DNA of 64,000 bases from Lama guanicoe (GCA_013239625.1 MU053482.1:3619922-3683921), one strand, 5' to 3'. Shown: positions 11,963 through 24,689, counted from the stretch's first letter. Program-made: numbers and translations. The notes: generated by a model not told the origin, from the letters alone.

Positions 11963-12339
11963 CTTTTGCAGAAAAAAAAAGAAAGAGCGGAACAACAACA
12001 AGGAAACTACTTTCGGTTCTTACTACATTGTGACCTCTCTGGACACAGTTTCTTCAAACATAAAAGGTAGAAATTAAGCTAGATGATTTCTAAGTTTCCT
12101 TCCATCTCTAAAATTCCTGAGTGTGCATAATTTAAGAAAACAAGTTGAGGAAAAGAGATGGAGTATATGTGCATGTATGTGGGGTTATATAGGGAGAAAT
12201 GAAGGAGGAAGAGACAAAAAAATGAAAAGAAATAGGAAGAAATGAAGGGATGAGGGACATGAGCTCACAGAGACAGACACACAGACCTGGAGACAAGACT
12301 ACACCCAAAAGAAAGAGAAACTCACCAAGAGGCATGTGC

Positions 12340-12500
12340 AGATCATTCATCCATCTTTCCATTTACAAATATTTACTGAGCACCTACGATGCCAGGCTCT
12401 GTGTTGAGTAGAAAACCAGGTAAAGCAAGCCACAGAACTCCAAGGTAAGAGACAGAACCATTGTCTGGTGCTCACAGGCGTGGCTAGAGCTGGGAAGTAC
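12340..12500 (-). mobile_element. L2 3'-end relic
   Basis: cattcatccat...acaaatatttactgagcacctacgatgccaggctctgtg. Confidence 0.75.
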
Positions 12501-14404
12501 ACAGGGTGAATGCACGCCCATGGACACACATGTATACACGCACTCCTCCAGACCACACTCAACACACGCAACATTCCCAAAAGTCAAGCCATTTTTGCAG
12601 GATGCACCATTTCTCCCCAAGACATTTAGAATCCTGCTAGTCAGGACATTCAAATAGATGTTGTCTTTTACGAGTATAGGCACAAATGGAAATAACGTCT
12701 TTTATTGTCACCCTGAGGTCTCTATGAAACGAGGCTCAAGGACAGGATGCACCTCAGTCTGGAGATTCCCTGTACTCACCCCTTTCATCAGTGAGGACTG
12801 GCTTTGGAAACAGAGGAATGTGACCTACAACACGCACACCAGCCCTGCTCCTCTGGCATTTCAGCTGGAAAGTTCCCAGAGCAAATTCTGTTCTCTCTCC
12901 TTTCCTCCATCCAGACCGAGCCCAATAAAGGCAGCCTGTGTTGCCCATTCCCCTGTCCTGTGGCTCCTCTCCTGCCGACACGCACGTGAAAGGGACTCTC
13001 TCAGCTCCATGGGAAAAGTGACTCTGTTCCCTGCCCAGAGTCTCAGAGTCCCACCAACTCTGAGCAGGGAAGGCCAGGGAAGTTTCTGGATGTCTCTTGC
13101 TCTGATGCCTTTTCTCCTAACTTAGCCAGAGCCCAAGCTGCACAATAGCCTGAAATAGTCCTGAGTCACATCCTAAGATGGTGGTTCATCCCTGTGTACT
13201 CGTCTGTGAAGGATTCTCTTTGGAGAAGTTGGTGTTGGGTGCTTTGGGTGCTGAGGATCAGCGCTTGACCAGGAGATGCACAACCCCCCCCAGAGCGTGC
13301 AGACTCTGGGCAGGCTGAGCCCGGGCTGGGCTGGGAAACAGCGCTCGGGCTCCCTGAAGGCCTCCTCGGCAGCCCACCATTTGGACCAGTAGTGAATTAA
13401 TGTGATCCAGACTCCAAAAATAGTAGTCAGATCATCTAAAATCGCCTTCCACCCGGGGCCGGGCCAGTCCCTCGGGAATGTCAGCATTTCTAGAACGTCC
13501 CCAATTCACCCAGAGTGCCTTGTGGCAGACCCTGGAGGGGTCCGGGCAACAGTTAAGCTCCGTCCACTCCTGCCAGTCCCTCTCAACACTGCATCACTCA
13601 CACGACTTCCCAAACAGGAAATGCTCGAGATTTATGCTGCTTACTGTTACCAAGTCAAAGGCCTTTAACCTGGCACGTGGCTTGGGACAGCAAAGAGGGG
13701 TCTGGGTGACTCTGTCATTAGTTGTGAATTAATTCCTAAAAATGAAGACCGGGGAAGCAGAATCACCTGGGGGAGGCCTGAACTTCTGGCTTGGTGTTGA
13801 TGCTAAAGGAAGCCATTTCTACAGCAGCCTGTCTCTCTGATGAAATTATGCTGCAGTCCCAGGAAATTTTATTATCATGAAGACTTGTCATGCCAAGCAT
13901 GCCTCAGTGCCTTTGTACATCTTTGCTCTATGCGTGGAATGCTCTTTACTCCCTCTTCCCTGCCTGACAAATGCCCCATTCTTTGATGCCTTGCTAAGGG
14001 CAGGGAAGCTGCGGTATTCAGGAAGTCTGTCTGCCATGAATGCTTTTGAATCACCACCAGGTTGTACTCTGCATGCATCTAGAGATGCACACTCCCCACT
14101 CTCCCACCCCTGATCAACTGTGATTCCCAGTGGCCTGGCCCCCGGGACAGGAGTGATGCAGGGGACGAGCATCTCCCCGGCCCCATGGAGACGGATTTCC
14201 AATCTTCAACAACTAAGTGGTCAGGATCTCTAACTACTGCTTGAGCTAGGTGAGTGCAACTTGAGTGTCTTTCACCTCAAAGATCACGCTTTAGTTCTTA
14301 TTTTCTCAGCTGTGACCCTCTTGAGTGGCTCCACCTTGCCTCCCTAAGAGATGCCCATGCAGCACAGAACAGAGAAAGCGCTCGGTAGGTGGGGAGGGAG
14401 AACA

Positions 14405-14520
14405 AGTTAGCTCAATTTCCTCCTCTGTAAAAGGGAGATAACCGATTCCACTTCAGGATGGTTGAGAGGATGAAATGAGATGTGTAAACGACTTGGCACA
14501 GAGTTGGTGCTTTGGGGATA
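14405..14520 (+). mobile_element. MIR fragment
   Basis: ctcaatttcctcctctgtaaaagggagataa...gttgagaggatgaaatgagatg...ggcacagagttggtgct. Confidence 0.8.
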
Positions 14521-15659
14521 CACCCGCAGTTCATGCCCCTTTAGCAGCAAGTCCCCCCTCTTCTGGGAACAGCAGCATCTCCATTATCCTTGTGCTTGAT
14601 ATGGGGTGGTTGACCCCACTGTGGGTCAGGCCTGGCCCATTAGAACAACGCAGTCCCCTGGCCCTAGGGATTAACTGAGGGGTGAACACAAGACTCAGAA
14701 TGGACCAGTAAATTCAATTTGGCAACTTTTGTTGGAGATGGAGGGAACAAGCCCTATGGATCCGGTCACTTCTCGAACTGCCCTAGACTTCTCAGTTTTG
14801 TGACCCAGAAAATTCTGGTTGCTGTCTAATCTACTTTGAATGACTTTCTGTTCCATGCAAACTAGAATCTTGCCTAGTGCAAAGCTCACCAGATTCGGCT
14901 GACCCTCCTCACTTCCACTGCTGTAAGACAGGGGGGCAGGGACTCCCTGATCCCTGCAGGGGTGATGCCATAGCTCCCCTCCCCGTCCTCAGCCTCCTTC
15001 CCTTTAGTCCCTCTTCCACCACACTGATCATCTCAAACATAGGCTTAGCCACGCCACAACTCACTTGAAAGACTCCTCAGCTTCCTCTGCCCAGAGACAA
15101 GTCCCTACTCCCCAGCTCCACCTTCAGAGCCCTCCACAATCTGCCCCATTTCCTTCAGGAGCCTCTCTTTCAGGGCCCTCTCCTCCAGCTCCGCAGATAC
15201 CGCACCTGATTCATAGCAACCCGTTCACCACTCTAAAACGCTCCCCTGCCCACCTCCCCCTGTGCATTTCCCTAGAAAGCCTTCTATCTCTTACCAACCT
15301 GCCCAAATTCCACCTCCTTGACCATCTTCTCTCCCGAGAAGCCTGCACAGATAACCGAGGTAGAATGACTGTCTCACTCCCCTGCACTCACTCCCTTGTT
15401 ATATAAAGTACTTGTCAGCCTGTCCTTTAGTGAGAATAATGTATAGACATTTCAAGAGCAGGAAGCATGTTGTACTGGATGCTGGATTCCCCTGGAGGAC
15501 CCACACAAGGCTTACCCGCCATAGGCCCTTGGGAAATTTGTTGACACAAGACCTCAGCATCCAGCTGATAAACTCTGAACCCCCAGCCCTTAACCTCAAC
15601 CACACCCTAGAAGAGGGGCTCCTAACCTTGGGGTCACATTTCCTCTTCATCAGGAAACC

Positions 15660-16228
15660 TTTTTTTTTAACTGTGGTAAAATATACATAAAATGTACAAC
15701 TTCAACCATTTTAAAGTGTACAGTTCAGTGGCGTTAAGCAGCTTCACAATGTTGTGCACCTCATCACAATCTAGTTCCAGAACGTTTCATCACCCCAAGC
15801 GGAAACCTCATATCCATCAGGCAGCCACCCCATTCCTCTCTTCCTTCCAGGCTCCATCAGCCACGAATCTGCTTTCTGTCCCTACGGATCTGCTTGTTCT
15901 GCACATTTCATATAAATGGAGTCATACAGCATGTGGCCTCTGTGTCTGGCTTCTTTCACTCAGCAGAACGTTTTCAAGATTCATCCATGTTGTAGCATGT
16001 GTTCGAACTTCATCCTTCCCATGACTGAATAATATTCTATTGCATGGTTATATCACGTTTTGTTTATCTATCATCAGTTGATGGACATTAGGTTGGACAT
16101 TCCACCTTTTGACCATTGTGAACAGTCCTGCTATAAACGTGATGGGACAAGTTTTTGTTTGGACACCTGTTTTCAATTCTCTTGGGTACATACCTCGGAG
16201 TCCCATTGCTGGGTTACATGGTAACTCT
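15660..16228 (-). mobile_element. LINE-1 3'UTR fragment (L1MB-like)
   Basis: Poly-T, then aactgtggtaaaatatacataa...cattttaaagtgtacagttcagtgg...tctggcttctttcactcagc...attgctgggttacatggtaactc. Confidence 0.92.
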
Positions 16229-16414
16229 CCACCTCCCGGGAAGCCTCCTACACTGGCCACCTCCAATCCTCATCAACATCCTGGGTCTGCTTGGCTGACT
16301 TCACCTTGGGGGAGTCCATCAGCTTTTGAGAAGGAGGCTATTTCATCTTGATTGCTGTCTCCTGGTGGCAATCCTTAAAGAGTGTGCCTAGTTTTTAACA
16401 TTAACCTCTTGCTC

Positions 16415-16610
16415 TTTAGAGCTTTGTGTCAAAGCCTTTCAGATCCACTGTTTAATTCGTCTCTCACAGAAACACTACAGGGTAGATCCTATTTTGTTTG
16501 TTTTTCAAATGAAGAGGCTGAATTTCAGTGGGGTGGCGTGACTTGACAAGGTCACAGCCATGAGAGGACCAGCTGAGAGTGACTCCCAGCCCAGTGCTCT
16601 TTCCACACAA
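16415..16610 (-). mobile_element. MIR SINE
   Basis: ttttcaaatgaagaggctgaa...gtgacttgacaaggtcacagc...ccagtgctctttccac. Confidence 0.7.
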
Positions 16611-17199
16611 TCACAGTGGCCCTCTCTGTCCAAGATCTTTTTTTTTTTTTAAATAATCACCTTCCTGTAATGTATTCTCAGATCCACTGTTGTTTAGAAG
16701 TGCCCCTGCTAGGTGACTGGTCAGGGCTGGCACAGACTTCCGTACACACTCTGCCAGTTGGCACCTCATTTATAATCAAAATCTTTTTTGTGAGGCAGAT
16801 TCTGCCTGTAGCAAGGAGATCAACTTTTTCCTTTTCTGGGTCTTTTGGGACCTTCTGGAATCCTGAGTTAAAGCTCCCTTTTGATGTCAATCTGAAGCTA
16901 AATCTGAGTGTGGCCCAACCTCAGCTCTCAAAATTTCCTCCCTATTCTTTTGTTCAACCCAAGTTCAACCCAATAGTAGCCCCTCCCCCTTCTCAGGAGG
17001 AAACTACCCCTTACACGGGGGAATCCCCTGACCTACCTGGAGCAGAAAAGAAGCACATCAACCTCCAGCCTAACAGGATAGAATTGGGCCCAGCCTACTC
17101 CTTGGAAGCTTCCAACCCTTCCTTCCATGAAACCACACGGAAAACTGTGAGAATAAGGCCAACAAAACAGACAATAGATGACAATGACAACGGGCACCA

Positions 17200-17400
17200 T
17201 TCATCAAAGCATACTGTGTTGCTGACGCTTTAGGGATATTCGCTCACTCAATCCCCTGACTGCACTAGAACGAAGGTGTCATTTTGCAAAGAAGGAAACA
17301 GACTCAGTGTGGTATTGTGACTTCCCCAGACTAACAGAGCTGAGGGTGGCCAGGCAGGACTGGAAACCAACAAAGTCCATGCTGTCCCCACTCTGGCCAC
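17200..17400 (-). mobile_element. MIR SINE
   Basis: cattttgcaaagaaggaaacagactcag...tgacttcccca. Confidence 0.6.
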
Positions 17401-17537
17401 TGTCTGCCTCCCAGGGAGAAGCTTCTGGAGCTGACCTGGCCCACTCAGAGCCTGTCTTGGCAGTTCTGTAAGAGGCGAAGTCTTTCTAGATGTCGTGTGA
17501 TCTGCCTCACATCCACTCAAGCACAAATGTCCTTAGC

Positions 17538-17815
17538 CAGCTTTCCCCAAGGAATGTCCTCTGCAAGCCTCATTCTGGGTGATATTAGGAGCTCTGAAAA
17601 CAAAGGTTCTGTATTTTGATACACTTGGACATACTGAGCATCAGGCAGGTTTCTGTCCAGCAGGTCTTCTCAGCCCTTAAGGAGCAAACATGCAGTATAA
17701 CTCTCCAAGAGGGAGAGAAAGTATAGAATGTTTCCCAAACTTATTTGACTACGGAATGTCAAATGGAATGACTCCTTTTTCAAGGAGTATCTCAGTGTGT
17801 CCTCCTCAAAGCACT
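17538..17815 (+). mobile_element. MER112-like hAT-Charlie relic
   Basis: aaaggttctgt...ttctcagccctta...ctctccaagagggag...tgtttcccaaacttatttgac. Confidence 0.65.
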
Positions 17816-17864
17816 GAGCAGAGGTATCCTCAAGCCCTCTGATTACTGGGCATCCAGAGCTGAG

Positions 17865-18095
17865 AGAGCACGTGGTTGTGCACGTGGGCTCCAGAGCCAG
17901 GCTGCCTGGGATCACATCCCAGCCCTGCCATGTAGTAGCTGAGTGACCTCGGGCAAGTCACTTCCTGTACCTGCCCCACCTCAGTTTCCTCATTTGTAGA
18001 ACGTGGGTGATGATAACAGTGTAGATTATATCCTACACATAAGATTCTTAAAACAATGCTCGGCACACAGTCGGTGCACACTAGATGTTCACTGG
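17865..18095 (+). mobile_element. MIR SINE, near full length
   Basis: gtgggctccagagccaggctgcctggg...gtgacctcgggcaagtcactt...cctcagtttcctcatttgtagaa. Confidence 0.9.
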
Positions 18096-19509
18096 CATTT
18101 TTGATCCTTCCCGAGCCTTGCAGGGTGGATTTCCCACACGCGGTCATGGGCCCCTGGTAGTCTACACCCGGCACTCCCCACCCCCAGCCCAACAGCAGCC
18201 TGTCGCTTTATAAAATCTCTCAGTGAAGATGGTGCAAAGCCAGTTAAAAGCTAGTGTGGTTCCTGAGGAATAACCCTTCCTACTCTTGATGGCTGCAAAG
18301 GTCTCCTTCTACTTTATTTTTTCTCCCTCACAGGCACATAAGAGTCAGAAGACCTAGATTCTGCACCCTACTTACTTATTTGCCAGTGGGATCTCGAGTT
18401 TCCTTCCTACAACATACAACATAAAAAGCCTAGAATCGAGGGGCAAGGCACACAGTAGGTGGGGTTAGGGCACTTAGCAGACGCAGGTTGGATGGCCAAG
18501 CCCCAGGGAGAGGACAGCACCAGGGACCCGTGGTAAGTGTCTTCCCCTTTTGGGGAAATGGGACAGGGTGCCTATGACAAGGATGCTTGGGTAGTGAATT
18601 AGGATAACTCACAGTAGCTGCTGCAACAGACCCCAGATCTCAGTGGCTTTCCATGTACATCTTGGGGACTAAGTCTAATGCAAGTTGGGGTGCCCACCTC
18701 CACCTTGTAGCAAGAAGTTCTGGAAGAGGCCTCCTACGTGGACCATATAGCCAGCATTAAGTGGGTATGTGGATGCCAAGAATTCCTGGATGACCTTGGC
18801 TGCCAAAGACACTCACTGCTGCCTAACTGATGCTCCCCTCCCCCTTACTGGAGAAGTAAGACCTTAGGGGAGGGCATGTGTTTGCCTCTGAGTTAATTCT
18901 CTCAGCTTTTTAAGGGCTTCTCTGCAAGCTCTGACTCTCTGGTTGTCCACATTCCAGTTCCTTAACTTCTTGCCTCTGGGAGGCCTCAGGCTCTGCCGTA
19001 GCTGTGACCTGTTACACTGATTCTCCACCAGAGGCAGATATGGTTAGTGCTCCCTGAACACTCCCGTGGTCCCCTGCATTTCCCAGCCTCCCTTGCAGTT
19101 GGCTGGGGCTGTATGACCAGCTCTGCCCAAGAGACTATATGTCACCTCTTATTGAGGCACTGAGGGCCGTGCCTCCTGCATCCATCTCTGCCCCTGTTAT
19201 GGCTCTGGAGGCCAGGTGCTTCACTAGAAGAGCCAACTCAGAAGCAAATGCATCTCCTCCTCCTGGGTCTGACTTCTCGACGGAGTGTACGGGAGCAGGG
19301 GGAAGGGCAGAGGGACATCAGGTGGTTAAGAGAGGAGAACAGCTTTGGCACACAGGGCCATCCAGGAATTCTTAGCATTTAAACAGCAATTTGGTGCCAG
19401 ATGTGTCTTCCATACAGGAGTTTCTGGTACTAAACTTGCTGTAATCTGGGGTAATGGCATGACCTGTGATTCAGATACCCACATTGGTTCCATGGGACAG
19501 TGTGGTAGA

Positions 19510-19675
19510 CAGCATGTTTCAGACTATAATGTACATACAAATAACCCAGGGGTCTCGTTAAGCTGCAGATTCTGATTCAGTAGCCCTGAGGCAACACTCA
19601 AGAGTCTGTATTTTTATCAAGCTCCCAGGTGATGCTGACGCTGCTGGTCGTTAGACTGCGCTCTGAATAGTAAGG
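19510..19675. mobile_element. MER5A/B hAT MITE
   Basis: tgcagattctgattcagtag...caagctcccaggtgatgctgacgctgctggtc...tgaatagtaagg. Confidence 0.85.
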
Positions 19676-19683
19676 TCATAGGG

Positions 19684-19920
19684 CAGGGCTGACTTATCCA
19701 TTACATACGGTAGGAACAGTGCCCAGGACTCATAAAAATGCTTTATAATTACTTTTAAAAATCAGAAGAAAAAAATGAACTTTTAGGTCAAAGAAAAATG
19801 TTTTCATAGATAACATTAATATATTTATACCAACAGAGTTATAAAATAAATTTTGTAAGCAAGAAGGGGTTCATGAAGGCAAAAATGCCTAGAGTCCACA
19901 AAAATCCTAATGTGGCCCTG
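19684..19920 (+). mobile_element. ORSL-like hAT-Tip100 MITE
   Basis: Inverted ends cagggct / ggccctg; internal ttttaaaaatcagaagaaaaaaatgaacttttaggtc and gaaggcaaaaatgcctag match the recalled ORSL consensus. Confidence 0.75.
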
Positions 19921-20659
19921 AGGGCAAGGCAGGGGGCAGAGGGAGGGGTTATGCTACCTATAGTGCATAGGACTGTGAAATCCGGAGAATTCACGAAAGG
20001 TGACACAGATAACATGGCTCCTCGGTCCTCTGGGAGGATCACGTGAGACACAGTACGAGAACATGCTATGGCAGACGGTAGGCAGCTGCTCAAACCACTT
20101 TTCTGAGTCTCCTCAAGTTCTCCAGATCTCCACCAAAAGTGCTCTGAGGGGTACCCAATGCTTCCTGGAGACCTCTGAACACTGATGTCCCAAATCTCTC
20201 CTGAGGGAATTCCAGTCCTTTTGTCCCAACCCCGCACCCCGCAGACACACCCATCTGCTCCCAGAGCTGGGGAGCTGGGAGCAGCTGGCCCTGTAGTGTA
20301 AGGGAGGCTCCAAAGGCTGCTTTTATTAGCAATGAACACAAGGCCATCATCTCTGATCTCAGCAGCAGATTTCCAAAGCATGAGTCAAATGCCTTGTTAA
20401 CAAGAAAGAGAATGAATAAGCATTTCCTTCAGCAGTAAATGTTTCCTTAAAAACACAGCCGTCCATTTACTTTGGACCTGATGCCAGTTCTGACTGTCCC
20501 CAAAAGCACTGCATGGGATCTTAGAGAATGGACGTTAATAGCTGGCTCTTCTAACATATCTGCAACCCTCCTTTGTCACAGACGCAGTGTCTGACTTGAC
20601 TATTGCTCTGCGTTGGCCTCAATCATGCAACTGCCGGGGTGAACCACTGGGCTTTGGAG

Positions 20660-20790
20660 GGTGAACGATTCACAGATGAGGAAACCAAGGTCTCAGAAGG
20701 GAGAAACAATCTGCTCAAGGGCACAAAATGAGTTGGAAATGGAGCCAAGCCTAGGACTGGGGACCACTGCTTATATGCTGTCTTCATTTC
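20660..20790 (-). mobile_element. MIR fragment
   Basis: acagatgaggaaaccaaggtctcagaagg. Confidence 0.65.
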
Positions 20791-21039
20791 AGCACCAGCG
20801 ATGGATACTGGAAGACTTTCATTGTCTTCAGACCTGGGAGGGTTGATTCATTCATTCACTCACTCAGTACCTACCAAGAACCTGCTTAAACCTGCCACAG
20901 TTCTAGCTTCCCTTAGTACCTCTCAGTAAACCCATTTAACCTTCTAAAAGATCTGACTGGCTCAGCCTCTGCTTCCTCCTGGCCTGATAGCTCCAAATGT
21001 GAGATTCTATCTGTTGACTGTACACACTTTGCATCAAGG

Positions 21040-21240
21040 GCAATCTAGTTTTGACCTTGCCACTTTCCCTTGTGTAATTCTGAGTGAACTAATGAACCTC
21101 AGAAAGCCTCAATTTCCTCATCAGTAAAATAGAGATATTATTACCCATCTTACAAGGTGTTGCAAAAATACAAGATAATATATGTAAAAGCATTTAACAC
21201 ACTAGGTAGCTGGTGCTCAATAAACGATAGCTGTGACAGT
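21040..21240 (+). mobile_element. MIR SINE
   Basis: agcctcaatttcctcatcagtaaaatagaga...atatgtaaaagcattt...tggtgctcaataaa. Confidence 0.85.
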
Positions 21241-21950
21241 AAGGGTAATAAGTATATTATTATGATTCTTGTTATTGTCAAGTCAAACAAGCTCCTAGAG
21301 ATTTCAGCAGATGGAACCTCCCCTGCCAGGACTCTGAGAAGTCAGGCTTGTGCCTAAGCAACGTCTGTGGTTACTCACAACAGAGGGACAACTTGCAAGT
21401 GTTTCTGGGTCTACTGTGCCAGATCCTTGAGGTCACCACATCCATCTTTCTCTGCTGAACCCAGCTGACCAGAGAAACAGTCTGTCCCGATCAGTGTCAG
21501 GCCCCTGAACCCTGGAGGTGTCAGGAATGTTGACTGTACAGCAGCAAGGACACATGGCTGCCCTCTGTGGCCCCACCATGTGAAAAACCACCCCACGGGA
21601 CCTGATTAGTCTATGGAAGTAACCAAAGAAACTGTCTGTAAATGTGGCTGAAGAGCTGGGAGGCTTGACCAGGATCTCCAGAAGGCAGGACAGGAAGACA
21701 ATGATAAGTTAGCAGGTGATGACACCCTCTGGAGAGACTTCTGCTTTCAGCAACGTCCCCTTTTCTAGGAGGAACCCCTACATATGAGGGATGGCTCCTC
21801 ATAGCCACATTGATACCCCACGATCCTGTTGCCTGATCATGGCTGATTGATACTGACTCAAGCTGGGCCCATCGGGGTATCTCTCCTGAGACCTTGGACA
21901 AAGACTAGGAGCCACTGGAGCCTGGTCGAGCTAGGGGCTGAGCCTCAGCA

Positions 21951-23297
21951 CGATGGTCTTCAGGGTGGAGTATGTGTGCCCAGGGAATATGCAAAATGAT
22001 CCACTGGAATATGGGAAGACAATTGGAAACCTATTTATTTTTACTTCCATAGCATTAAGTAAGCATACTGGCAATGGTACCTTCATTCAGTCACTTGTTG
22101 AAAGGTCACTGTCAAGTCCACTTTGTGAGATGTCCTGAGGGATCAGGGGAAATTCTACAATGTTAAGGGACTGACATCGCACCCTCATGGACTCATTTGC
22201 TTTCAGTGAAGGATGACGCAGTTTATGTGTGCCCAAGTGGATTAATGAAATCTATTTCTCCAGTTTTAACTAAACCAACCATCATAAAATGGGTAGGTGG
22301 CTTAAAAGGCTCTTGCAAAAAATGTGGACTGAAGATACTACTACTGCTAACACCACAAGCAACTCTCAAAAGTTTCTGCAAACTAGTGGATCCAATGGGA
22401 AAAGTTTACTCACAACTCAGTGAGTAAGGATGCCCTGCTTGCACATCAGCTATCTGAGCTGGTTATCCTCTCCCCGCCCTCCCTCTCCCTGCCCTGTGCC
22501 ACGATCCATTCTCTGCTCTGTGCTCCCACATGACACCTGTGGGACATATCACTTGAGTTTCCATGCCTGCTGGCTGAGTTTGCCCAACGGGCCAGCAGGA
22601 GGTGGGAGGAGAGGGGCTGGGCATCTCCTTCCCTGCCCACTCCTTGCTTCAGCGCCTCATCTCTGGCAGCGGCTGTATCCCTCCACAATTACAGCTCATC
22701 CTGGAGGGTCCCTCCTCCCTGGCTCCAGATGACACTGGCTTCCAATCACACTATTTCCTTTTTCTCACCCCTCTTTCCCTGGCTAGGGCTGGTAACAGCC
22801 TCCTGCTGTTGCTAGTTTTGAGGGTATCCGGGCACAATCCCTTATGGTCCCCATATCTCTGTAAATAGTCCTTGTGTTAAAGTCTCTTGAGCCAGTTGAG
22901 TTGGATCTGGTTCCCTGCTAGGAGACTGACTGGTTCAGTGTCTCTTTTGGCCATGACAGTCACTAAAGCCAGGGGTTATCCAAAGTGCTAAGATCTTAAA
23001 ACACACACAATAAATCACATTTCTCTCACTAAAGAACACTCTTAAGGAAAGAAAGAAAAAAAGCTGGTGGTGCTGTTAAAAATATAAAGCAAGATTTTCA
23101 AATAGTATTTTATCTTTCTCAGACTTTAAAAAATTCTACTTTTACGTGTTTTATAAAATAACTCACATATTAATACAGCAGCTGATGAATATAATTTAAA
23201 ATAAAGAAATATACAAAAATGGGAAAGGCAAGCTAAAAATTTTTTTTAATTGATGACATGAGCCATCAAAAACTCTTTGCCTTAGAGAAGACCTCTG
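21951..23297 (+). mobile_element. hAT-Charlie element (Charlie7-like), split by an LTR33-like insertion
   Basis: Left end cgatggtcttcagggtggagtatgtgtgcccagg...gatccactgg; right end atcaaaaa...gaagacctctg (shared ggtcttc/gaagacc TIR core); no clean TSD seen. Confidence 0.5.
22440..22937 (+). mobile_element. ERVL solo LTR (LTR33-like)
   Basis: 3' end ggtaacagcctcctgctgttgctagt...ctctgtaaatagtcctt...ttaaagtctctt...ttccctgctaggagactgactggttca. Confidence 0.7.
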
Positions 23298-24049
23298 CTC
23301 TGGAGAAAACACTGGCTAGTTCCTGCTGCCGGGTCCCACCACTGCCCTGGGGGCTGTCTTCCTGAAGTCTGTCTACTCTTTCTTTTGGTTCCCTGAGCTA
23401 CCTTCTATCAAATCCCGCCTTTCTACTGAAGACAAAGGGAACACCAAAGAGAAATGCTTATTGAAAGTTCCCAGAGGAGAGACCCCTCTTATGGTCTCGG
23501 GGAGTCTCTCTGTCATAGTCAGAGATGTGTAACAGGCCATATCTAAGTGAAATACCCCTCAGGACTTTCCATCTTCTGAGCAAAATCTCTATCCCCCAAG
23601 CATTTTGGTCATGGTAAAAGCGTAATTCCCTCACCATACATTAGCACACAGACATTCAGAATTCTATACTTCAGTCTCTTGTGAGTTTGATGATTGTGAG
23701 TCAGTTTCCATGTACATAATCAACTCCGGGCCAGTGACCAGGCTTAGAGATAGGTCCAGGACCCTAGAATATCCCGCAAGACGATACTACAGCCATCTAG
23801 GTTCCTCCTGACAGTACTCAGCCTCATCATCATCACTGTCATCAGGGACCAGATGGACCTCAGCTGGGAAACAGGAAAGATGTCTCAGGTAAGAAGTCCA
23901 GGAGAACACTTCAGTCTTCCTACCAGGGAACCAATCCCCCAACAAGTTGAAAATATCATGATAAGACAGCCTTTAGGGAAACCCAACCATTTGGAGCCCC
24001 AAAATAGAGGAGTTCCGTGTGCTTGATATTCAACTGGGCTTAAACAAGT

Positions 24050-24290
24050 TATTATTTATTGAGCACCTATACACATAGAAGTACTTTAGATACCACAATC
24101 TATTTCACCTTCGTAACAACTTTTTGAGAGAGACATATTATCATCATCAGCCCTATTATTGTAGGTAAGAAAAGTAAGACAGAAAAGTTAGAGTATTTCC
24201 CCCAAGGTCACACAGTAAGTTGCAGAGCTGGGATTGAATTCAGGTCACTTGATTTGAGAACCTGAGGTCCCTACTGCCCCTGCGTGCTGC
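24050..24290 (-). mobile_element. MIR SINE
   Basis: atttattgagcacctat...cccaaggtcacacag...gcagagctgggattgaattcagg. Confidence 0.8.
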
Positions 24291-24689
24291 CTCTGAGGCA
24301 GACTGGGTGACCATGGCGATATCTGTGAACTTTTTGGGCATAAGCCTTGGTGAGTCAGAGAGAGTGACTCAAGACTTGCAATGTAGGACATGGCATTTCC
24401 TGCCAACAGAAAGCTCATGGTTCCAGACTTGTATTTTCCTACTAAACAGAGGGAGAGCTTTGTTCATGGATGAGGTTATGAGAGCCGATAAAGACTGTCA
24501 CGTACTAAAAAGAGAGACACAAAATAGAGCTGGCCTAGTGGAGCAGCTGTCCCAGGCTCCTGCTCCAAAAGCTCAGGGCCTCTGCTCTGTGCAGCAGTGC
24601 TGGGGCCTCCTGGGCTCAAACTACAGAAGCAGGGATGAGGGCTGGACATTCTCACTCTGCCCTGTGGCTTGGTATATAAGCCACAGAGA

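Noticed and set aside
12658..13125. 155-aa ORF and overlapping ORFs as coding exons
   Set aside because: No recognisable motif; open frames on both strands are typical of GC-richer non-coding DNA
16616..17233. Longest ORF in the track (205 aa) as a protein-coding gene
   Set aside because: GTG start, crosses a poly-T tract, no recognisable domain or splice structure; one ORF of this length is plausible by chance in 64 kb
19839..20381. 180-aa minus-strand ORF
   Set aside because: Runs into a MITE, no recognisable protein family, no supporting exon structure
23801..23888. Possible + strand exon ending in cag|gtaaga
   Set aside because: Weak acceptor with no polypyrimidine tract and no partner exons; such donor matches are frequent by chance
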